A stretch of DNA of 33,798 bases from positions 1 through 33,798 of IMG/VR virus record IMGVR_UViG_3300048839_000240, one strand, 5' to 3'. Each line of letters starts with the position of its first letter. The stretch's first letter is position 1. The position numbers and the translations under genes were made by a program. This stretch comes from a virus (Duplodnaviria > Caudoviricetes). This document shows positions 1 to 5,866 of this stretch, piece after piece. The notes under the pieces are model-generated. The model had not been told where the DNA came from and did no database searches. It worked only from the letters and a program-made list of their open reading frames with translations.

Positions 1-69
1 GGCCCGCGCCCCCGAGACGGATATACCGAGGATCAAACCACCTACATCGTAGAGGGAGATGAAAAATGA
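1..69 (+). CDS. 3' end of a probable Gly-rich family paralogue (partial)
   Basis: Frame 1 reads GPRPRDGYTEDQTTYIVEGDEK*. It shares the YIVEG C-terminal motif with ORF 66-374, and its stop overlaps the next ATG (ATGA). Confidence 0.7.
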   Translation, partial: GPRPRDGYTEDQTTYIVEGDEK

Positions 70-402
70 TTGTTCAACTCCTACTCGAAGGGTACTCTAT
101 TCACCTGTTGGAAGACAAGAGTACATATGGACATGGATCTGGAGATGGGTCTAGGCGTGGGTCTGGGTATGGGTATGGGGGTGGGGACGGAGACGGGGGT
201 CGAGGGAGTGGGGATGGGTTTGGGCTTGGGGTTGGTTTTGGGGATTTGGTTGGGTGTGGAAATGGGTATGGGGGTCGGGGGCATGGAGATGGAAGTGGGA
301 CTGGGGAAGGGTCTAGGTTTGGAGATGGGGACGGAAAAGCCAAGGTTCAAACGATTTACATCGTAGAGGGATGAAAAAATGATTGTTCAACTCCTACTCG
401 AA
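43..402 (+). repeat. Direct repeat of the gene-junction block (43-89 and 357-402)
   Basis: TACATCGTAGAGGGA(GA)TGAAAAA(A)TGATTGTTCAACTCCTACTCGAA occurs twice, spanning the stop/start of consecutive paralogues. Confidence 0.9.
66..374 (+). CDS. Gly-rich (GX-repeat) hypothetical protein, paralogue 2
   Basis: MIVQLLLEGYS N-terminus, GYG/GDG/GSG/GFG core, YIVEG C-terminus; coupled to the upstream ORF. Confidence 0.85.
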   Translation: MIVQLLLEGYSIHLLEDKSTYGHGSGDGSRRGSGYGYGGGDGDGGRGSGDGFGLGVGFGDLVGCGNGYGGRGHGDGSGTGEGSRFGDGDGKAKVQTIYIVEG

Positions 403-669
403 AACTACTCCGTCCGCTTGTTGAAAGACAGGTGGACTCGTGGGTATGGATATGGAAATGGGAGTGGGCGTGGATGGGGGTATGAGGCTGGGTTTTCGAC
501 TGGGTATGGAAGTGGGATTGGGAGTGGGTATGGGAATGGGTGGGGGTTTGGGGAAGGTCATGGGTATGGTCGCGGGGACGGCGAATCTGAAGGGTTTGGA
601 GAAGGCCCTAAATTCAAGAACACACTCCGCTACGAACGGAATACTTTCACCTACATTGTGTCATATTGA
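379..669 (+). CDS. Gly-rich (GX-repeat) hypothetical protein, paralogue 3
   Basis: MIVQLLLENYS N-terminus is almost identical to ORF 66-374; GYG/GSG core; TYIVSY C-terminus. Confidence 0.85.
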   Translation: MIVQLLLENYSVRLLKDRWTRGYGYGNGSGRGWGYEAGFSTGYGSGIGSGYGNGWGFGEGHGYGRGDGESEGFGEGPKFKNTLRYERNTFTYIVSY

Positions 670-694
670 CGCCGGGTTTTTTCTATCCCCTCGG

Positions 695-723
695 TGTAAA
701 AAATGGTCTGGGGTGGTCGTTTA
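695..723 (+). promoter_or_regulatory. Class-1 repeated promoter-like element TGTAAAAA-N15-CGTTTA
   Basis: Same motif and spacing recur at 1026, 1318, 1972, 19757 (+) and 11081, 11684 (-). Confidence 0.75.
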
Positions 724-745
724 GGGTAGGAGGAAGAACAGAGTC

Positions 746-1003
746 ATGCGCAGAAACCACCAAACACCGATGACCCACGACCAAGACCGAATCAGGAACA
801 ACATCACGATTGCGGAGCATTACCTTGGCGCAACCAAGGTCGGACCTTGCTGGCACTACCATGACCACGAGAGCGGAGAGCTTCTTTATGCCAATCGCTC
901 CGAGATTGCTTGGCTTGGGGAAATGCTCGACAGGGTGCAACCTGATGCCTACTCCCGGTGGCGCTCTGAGACACCCTCACGAATCGTTCGCTTGCGACGT
1001 TGA
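746..1003 (+). CDS. Hypothetical protein (85 aa)
   Basis: ORF lies between two class-1 elements, with AGGAGG upstream. Confidence 0.7.
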   Translation: MRRNHQTPMTHDQDRIRNNITIAEHYLGATKVGPCWHYHDHESGELLYANRSEIAWLGEMLDRVQPDAYSRWRSETPSRIVRLRR

Positions 1004-1014
1004 CCTAACTTTTT

Positions 1015-1054
1015 ACCCCCTCCGGTGTAAAAAACCCTCGGGGGTGGTCGTTTA
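1015..1054 (+). promoter_or_regulatory. Class-1 element within an imperfect hairpin
   Basis: ACCCCC-tcc-GGT [GTAAAAA] ACC-ctc-GGGGGT, followed by CGTTTA at 1049. Confidence 0.75.
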
Positions 1055-1096
1055 GGGTGTAGAACCAACCTTCCTGAACACACAAGAACAAATATC

Positions 1097-1270
1097 ATGG
1101 ACGAAGAATTCCACATCGACCCCTCCCTCTTCAACGCGGATGCCCACGATTGGGACATCGATCCCATTCTGGACGAGGACGACATGTCGTTTTTCGATGA
1201 CGAAGACGACCGTGAACACGATTTCGAGCACGATGATCTCGAATCGTCCCTCTTCGACGACGATTTCTGA
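1097..1270 (+). CDS. Small, very acidic protein (57 aa), not in the ORF track
   Basis: Manual translation MDEEFHIDPSLFNADAHDWDIDPILDEDDMSFFDDEDDREHDFEHDDLESSLFDDDF*; it fills the gap between two class-1 elements. Confidence 0.8.
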   Translation: MDEEFHIDPSLFNADAHDWDIDPILDEDDMSFFDDEDDREHDFEHDDLESSLFDDDF

Positions 1271-1279
1271 TTTTACCTA

Positions 1280-1304
1280 GTATGCGCGGTTAGCGCATAC
1301 GTTT
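1280..1304 (+). terminator. Possible terminator hairpin after the acidic ORF
   Basis: GTATGCGC-ggtta-GCGCATAC, an 8-bp stem with only a short T tail. Confidence 0.4.
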
Positions 1305-1308
1305 CCAC

Positions 1309-1346
1309 AAGGGGGGGTGTAAAAACCGACCCCCTTCAGTCGTTTA
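1309..1346 (+). promoter_or_regulatory. Class-1 element within a hairpin (G-rich left arm)
   Basis: AAGGGGG-GGT [GTAAAA] ACC-ga-CCCCCTT, then CGTTTA at 1341; the ATG follows 9 nt later. Confidence 0.75.
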
Positions 1347-1355
1347 AGGGGTAAG

Positions 1356-1976
1356 ATGGACGCTATGACCAGCGATGTCACCTGCTTCGAGGATGACTTG
1401 GGAGACTTCACTCTGACCAGCGATGAAGTCTCTGCTATCGCGGCGCGGTACGCAAAGAACCAGTGCACCTATCACAACTTCGCTCATGTGGCGGACTTGT
1501 GTGCCGTCTGGAGACGGGTTTTTGGCCCCCTCTATGCCGATGTGCTACTCGCGATCCTGTTCCATGACGTGGTATATGACCCAATGGCAAAGGACAACGA
1601 GGAACGTAGCGTGGAGTTCATGCGAGAGTTTTTTGCTGGGAAGGCTCCCCCGGAGCTTCTTGACAGGGTGGCGGAAATGATCTTGGCCACGAAGTCCCAC
1701 GACCATGAGGATGAATACGTGCAGTGCTTCCTGGACGTGGATATGTCCGTTCTCGGTCGCCCCTGGGAAGGATTCCTGACCTACTGTGAGCAGATCCGCG
1801 CAGAGTATGCCAACGTACCTGATGATCTGTTCAGCGCGGGGCGAAGGAAGTTCTTCGAGAGTCTGTTGAGCCGACCCTCCATCTACCTGACGGACTTGTT
1901 CCGAGACGAGTTCGAAGAGCAAGCGCGGCATAACGTCAGTCGGTATCTCCGAGAATTTCTTCCAGCCCCGGTGTAA
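1356..1976 (+). CDS. HD-superfamily metal-dependent phosphohydrolase (COG4339-like)
   Basis: YHNFAH, LFHDVVYDP, DNEERS, FLDVDMSVLG, IRAEY and ARHN motifs. Confidence 0.85.
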   Translation: MDAMTSDVTCFEDDLGDFTLTSDEVSAIAARYAKNQCTYHNFAHVADLCAVWRRVFGPLYADVLLAILFHDVVYDPMAKDNEERSVEFMREFFAGKAPPELLDRVAEMILATKSHDHEDEYVQCFLDVDMSVLGRPWEGFLTYCEQIRAEYANVPDDLFSAGRRKFFESLLSRPSIYLTDLFRDEFEEQARHNVSRYLREFLPAPV

Positions 1977-1999
1977 AAAAACAGGGTTCCAGCCGTTTA
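1972..1999 (+). promoter_or_regulatory. Class-1 element TGTAAAAA-N14-CGTTTA
   Basis: Overlaps the stop of the HD gene; the ATG at 2009 follows 9 nt after CGTTTA. Confidence 0.7.
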
Positions 2000-2008
2000 A
2001 TAGATACC

Positions 2009-2542
2009 ATGAGCGAATTCCAAGAGCGTTTGTCCCGAGTTGCGCAAGCACAGAAGTTGGCCGGACTCGTGTGCCCCGATGATTATCGGATGGTGGATGG
2101 GAAGTATGTTCACGTTCCGAGTGAGCAAGGTGCGATCTGGAAGGTCGCCTATGAGACCCTTCACGATTTGATCGTCTCCTCTCGTCCGACCAAGGTCGTA
2201 CTCCTGATCGGTATCCCCGGATCGGGCAAGTCCACCTGGCTCTCCCAGAACGCCCAGGAAGGCGTTGTCTACTTCGATGCTACCATGACGGGGCGCAAGG
2301 ACCGAAAGCGTTTCCTGGAGGCCGTGCGGGCCTCTAGCAAGGTCGTCGGATACAACGTCCCCGTGGAAGCCGTGTGGTTGGATACGGCCTTCGGCATTTG
2401 TTCCTCGCGGAACGCTGCTCGCCCCGTCGATCGGCGCGTCCCTGACCATGTGATTGAGTCGATGGCGAGCCGCCTTGCGGAGACGCCCCCAGAGGCTCGT
2501 GAAGGCTTTTCCCAAGTCATCCGTGTCAAGACGCGAGACTGA
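2009..2542 (+). CDS. P-loop kinase, polynucleotide-kinase/AAA_33-like
   Basis: Walker A GIPGSGKST, FDAT motif, lid RNAAR...RRVP..VI..M, PPEAREGF C-terminus. Confidence 0.8.
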   Translation: MSEFQERLSRVAQAQKLAGLVCPDDYRMVDGKYVHVPSEQGAIWKVAYETLHDLIVSSRPTKVVLLIGIPGSGKSTWLSQNAQEGVVYFDATMTGRKDRKRFLEAVRASSKVVGYNVPVEAVWLDTAFGICSSRNAARPVDRRVPDHVIESMASRLAETPPEAREGFSQVIRVKTRD

Positions 2543-2576
2543 TCGAAAGATCGCTCTACAAGCCTCCTACGATTTT

Positions 2577-2610
2577 AGGGAGGGTGCTCAACCGGCACCC
2601 TCCCTTCTTC
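2577..2610 (+). terminator. Intrinsic terminator of the accessory-gene block
   Basis: Perfect 11-bp stem AGGGAGGGTGC/GCACCCTCCCT followed by a pyrimidine tail. Confidence 0.7.
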
Positions 2611-2616
2611 ATTGGT

Positions 2617-2786
2617 TCAACCCCCCTCTATCAACCCTTTCTGATCAAGCTGGTCTTATCAACCCCTTCGAGAGATCAAGACTTCCTACGTTTTTTCTCT
2701 CAACTCCCTTTGTTCTCAACCCAAGAGATCAAGTCTCTCTGTCTCGTTTTCTTTCAACCCTTTCTGTCTGATTTCTCTTCAATCCC
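2617..2786 (+). repeat. TCAACCC / GATCAAG short-repeat cluster
   Basis: TCAACCC at 2617, 2631, 2659, 2716, 2754 (variants at 2700, 2779); GATCAAG at 2643, 2674, 2727; TCAACCCTTTCTG exact at 2631 and 2754. Confidence 0.75.
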
Positions 2787-2838
2787 ATTCTCTCACACTG
2801 ACCTAATTAACTTCCCTATCCCTTGGGTATAGTTACTT

Positions 2839-3068
2839 GCTGCTTTGACTCAATTTCTTAATTGAGTTAGTTCTCTCAAGGAGACTCTAGGCAACTAGAA
2901 GAGAGACAAGATAGCACTATCGGAAATCTTGGATTGAATAATCAGGTTGACCTAAATCACTACTCCTAGTCTCTGGTCAACAACAATCAAGAATCACAAA
3001 GAAGTGTTATGCTGAGTAATCAGTGGTGTTAGTCGAAACAAACCCAAAGCAGCCTTGAAGGCTTTTTT
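2839..3068 (+). ncRNA. Candidate multibranched structured ncRNA (~230 nt)
   Basis: Closing helix GCTGCTTTG (2839-47)/CAAAGCAGC (3045-53); at least 6 nested internal stems; GCAA and GTAA tetraloops; upstream promoter-like motif; 3' hairpin with T-tract. Confidence 0.55.
3051..3068 (+). terminator. Short intrinsic terminator-like hairpin
   Basis: AGCCT-tga-AGGCT followed by TTTTT. Confidence 0.5.
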
Positions 3069-3225
3069 CATAAGACAAGTCAGTCCCACTCTTCCCAGAA
3101 GGATTTTCAAGATGATCAAGATGATTTTCAAATCTTTGGACTCCAAGTCTACTTGGTCACTATATACTCTAACCTTCTTTTCTCTTTCATCTTCCTACTT
3201 ACCTCTCAGTCTGATTACTGATGTC

Positions 3226-3505
3226 AAGTATCTAGATGGATCTAAGTATCTAACTCTGAATTAAGAGTTAAAGAGAATTAAGAACTAACTAGAGTAGTTG
3301 TCTTATTCACACCAACACAACAACCAATACTTATTCTACTACTTCTACAAATACTTCTCACTCTACTACTACTGATACTTATTCTACTACTCTGAATACT
3401 AATACTTATCATTCTACTACTGATACTTCTACTACTAGTACAGATACAACAGACAGACACACTCGACAGAATACTTAATTACCCAAATACCCCCGGAGGG
3501 GTATT
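3226..3505. repeat. ATACTT/CTACT iteron-like repeats; candidate replication origin
   Basis: ATACTT at 3327, 3351, 3375, 3402, 3423, 3471; inverted AAGTAT at 3226 and 3244; AT-rich and G-poor on +; AATACCCC/GGGGTATT hairpin at 3486-3505. Confidence 0.6.
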
Positions 3506-3514
3506 GAAACTCGA

Positions 3515-3543
3515 TAAATACACTATCAGTATGTCTTTAATAG
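3515..3543 (+). promoter_or_regulatory. Class-2 motif TAA-N6-TAT-N14-TAG
   Basis: Identical spacing at 10170, 29735 and 33074, each directly upstream of a start codon. Confidence 0.65.
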
Positions 3544-3547
3544 AGAC

Positions 3548-3958
3548 ATGCCTGGGATAGCTCAGAGAAGATTTGGTAGGGGGATGAATTTGACTCCTAC
3601 TGAAGCAAGAGATAAATTAGCAGTACCCGTCTTGTACATACTGCTTGGAATAGCTGTACCTATTTATCGAGGAACGAATAGAGGAAGTAGTTCTACGTTA
3701 GTAGACATACGTCCTACAGTTGGAGTACCGGAATATTTGACATCCGTTACTGTTCCAGGATTTCCTGTGACAGTAAATGGAGTTCAATGGGATAAGGCTG
3801 TCTATCCAGTCTTGATCGATCCAAGATGGAATCCAGCAAACAAACCGAACTTCCTTCTCTTGTTGAAGGGAAATGCTCCAGAGTTAGTGAAGATTATTGG
3901 GACAGAGTTAGCCTTGAAATTTCATCAAGCAGGTTATGGTCCTCTACCATTGGATTGA
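3548..3958 (+). CDS. Hypothetical protein (136 aa)
   Basis: ORF directly after a class-2 motif; no recognisable family. Confidence 0.7.
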   Translation: MPGIAQRRFGRGMNLTPTEARDKLAVPVLYILLGIAVPIYRGTNRGSSSTLVDIRPTVGVPEYLTSVTVPGFPVTVNGVQWDKAVYPVLIDPRWNPANKPNFLLLLKGNAPELVKIIGTELALKFHQAGYGPLPLD

Positions 3959-3960
3959 AA

Positions 3961-4170
3961 ATGCCAAGTAACAAAGAACCACCAAAAAAGAAGAACCCTC
4001 CAGGGTTTGAGTTCCCGGAGAATGAGACGGTATGGATGGCTTGTAGAGGAGGGAATTCTTGTCCCTCGAATAAATGCAAGGTTGAGTTCAAACAGAAACT
4101 CCCTACAGGGAGTACCTATATTCGGTACACTTGTCTCCTCTGTAAGAAAATGTTCGGAATCACAATCTGA
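3961..4170 (+). CDS. Small Zn-ribbon-like protein (69 aa)
   Basis: MPSNKEPP...CRGGNSC...CLLC; the ATG lies 2 nt after the upstream stop. Confidence 0.7.
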   Translation: MPSNKEPPKKKNPPGFEFPENETVWMACRGGNSCPSNKCKVEFKQKLPTGSTYIRYTCLLCKKMFGITI

Positions 4171-4190
4171 TTTGGAGTATAGAGAGGGTT

Positions 4191-4802
4191 GTGAGAGAAA
4201 AACCCTCGTATACGATGGCGATGTTATTTCATGGACCAATGGCTCGGGAGCGTGCGCTTCGGAAAGCGCGAGAGCTTGGAGCCTTGGTCCATGAACCCTT
4301 CGGTGAGGAGGGATTGAAAATTGATGATTCTAGAGAGATCGTGGAGTTGATGTCTACCGTCTCTGTTGGGGACAAGGTTGGAACCTTGGTGATCGGTCCC
4401 TTGGACCAAGCACGACAAGCCGCTACGGATGCGTTGCTAAAATCCTTGGAGGAGTTCAACCCGGAGATCATCTGTCCCGTTCTTTGGGCGAACGATGCAG
4501 GGGATGTGAGTCAGACGATTCGTTCCCGCTGTAGAGAGGTTTTCTGCCCTGGCAGCATCCAACTAGAGGACGAGGACTTGGAACGCGCTAGGGAGCTTGT
4601 AGAGGCTTCCATACGAAGGGACCGGGCGACGGTCATAGAGTTGTGGAAGGAGATGGGAGAACAGAAACTCATTCCGGCTCTGACCAAGGTATTGTCATCA
4701 TCCCTGGACAGCAAACGAACCCTTGCCTTGTGGGAGAAAATCCGTCCCGCTTTGCAACACCATGAACCAACCAAAAATGAGATTCTAGCGGCCCTCCTAT
4801 GA
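4191..4802 (+). CDS. holB: DNA Pol III delta-prime-like clamp-loader subunit
   Basis: LKIDDSREI, ATDALLKSLEE and TIRSRC (SRC motif); no intact Walker A; adjacent to a holA-like gene. The start may be 4191 or 4215. Confidence 0.75.
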   Translation: MREKPSYTMAMLFHGPMARERALRKARELGALVHEPFGEEGLKIDDSREIVELMSTVSVGDKVGTLVIGPLDQARQAATDALLKSLEEFNPEIICPVLWANDAGDVSQTIRSRCREVFCPGSIQLEDEDLERARELVEASIRRDRATVIELWKEMGEQKLIPALTKVLSSSLDSKRTLALWEKIRPALQHHEPTKNEILAALL

Positions 4803-5794
4803 GCAAGTGGAAGAACCCTCCCCCGGTTTGTATTCTCTCTGGAAGTGAGGAGTACTTACGGAAGCGAGAACAAAACGAAGCCGTATCTATGTGTATCCAA
4901 ACGGGACGCTTGGTTGAATACTTGAATGGCGATGATGATTCACTTTCGGACGTGTTGTCCAACACGGGCGTTTTGTTCGATGAGAAAACCCTTGTATTTC
5001 TCTCCAACCCAGAAAAGGCTAATCTCGATTTGTTAATCGAACATCATCAAGGTGGGGAGAATGATGTAGCGGTCGTGGTTTTAGTGGAGGGTGAGATTAA
5101 GAGCAAGAGTAAACTCGAAAAGCTGTCGAAGGCTTTGCCTGAAAAACTGACGGCGAAGTTTTCTTCACCGAAGCCTTGGGAGAGAGACGAGTGGGCGATG
5201 AAATTTGTGATGGATGATTTCCGTCGAAACGACAAAGCGATCTCCTCGGAGTTGGCGATGGCCATTGTGAACGTGATTGGGACTGACCTTGGGGTGTTAC
5301 ATTTTGAGGTCATGAAGGTGTGTTACTTATTGGATTCGAAGGGAGTTCGAGATGCAACACCCGAAGATCTACGGAGTATCTTGGCATCATTTTCAGAGGC
5401 GAGTGCCTTACCATTGATTGAGGCGATTGGTGAGAAAAGCATAGCAAGAGTATCGAAGCTATTGCTTCAGATTAAGAAAACCACGGGTGGGCCAAAGTCG
5501 TCAACAGTGCTAAAAACGATGGCCTTGTTGAACTCCAACTTGGTCAAGTGGATACTGATACGAGACCTCTTGGATCGTGGGATTGGAACGTCCGAAATAT
5601 CGGAGCGTAGCGGTTTGAATGAGTACGTCTTGAAAAAGAACGTGCTTCCTCTTGTGAGGAAATGGAGTCAGAACTCTCTCTTGAGCTTCTTCTCGAAGTT
5701 GGTAGAAATCGAACGTGGTGTGCGTTTAGGCTGGGTAGATACGTGGTCTGTGTTCGAGTCTGTAATCTTCGAGCAAGTAACAACGTTAGAGTAA
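4799..5794 (+). CDS. holA: DNA Pol III delta-like clamp-loader subunit
   Basis: ILSGSEEYLR N-terminus, LF..K.LV motif, IGTDLGVLHFEVMK (cf. G.DL..L..E..K), helical C-terminal domain. Confidence 0.8.
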   Translation: MSKWKNPPPVCILSGSEEYLRKREQNEAVSMCIQTGRLVEYLNGDDDSLSDVLSNTGVLFDEKTLVFLSNPEKANLDLLIEHHQGGENDVAVVVLVEGEIKSKSKLEKLSKALPEKLTAKFSSPKPWERDEWAMKFVMDDFRRNDKAISSELAMAIVNVIGTDLGVLHFEVMKVCYLLDSKGVRDATPEDLRSILASFSEASALPLIEAIGEKSIARVSKLLLQIKKTTGGPKSSTVLKTMALLNSNLVKWILIRDLLDRGIGTSEISERSGLNEYVLKKNVLPLVRKWSQNSLLSFFSKLVEIERGVRLGWVDTWSVFESVIFEQVTTLE

Positions 5795-5866
5795 TTAACC
5801 CTCTTATAGCTTGAGAGCTATACCGGCTCTCGTTGATGAGAGCTACTATTTTGGGATTTTTCAGAC

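Noticed and set aside
70-724. Alternative-frame and antisense ORFs over the Gly-rich genes (Met/Gly-rich and Pro-rich)
   Set aside because: They are by-products of the GGN-NNN repeat. Only the MIVQLLLE frame has conserved termini and coupled starts.
684-1999. Class-1 repeats as a CRISPR array or integron attC sites
   Set aside because: Spacing is gene-sized and irregular and the repeats are degenerate. There are no RYYYAAC/GTTRRRY ends, and no integrase or cas operon is present.
2454-3460. ORFs 2454-2771, 2584-2832, 3055-3264, 3278-3460 and the Thr/Ser-rich + frame at 3293-3478
   Set aside because: Low-complexity translations of repeats with no SD or credible start; one crosses a strong terminator.
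3519-3535. ACACTATCAGTATGT as an NrdR box
   Set aside because: Poor match to the palindromic consensus and not upstream of nrdJ; better explained by the class-2 motif.
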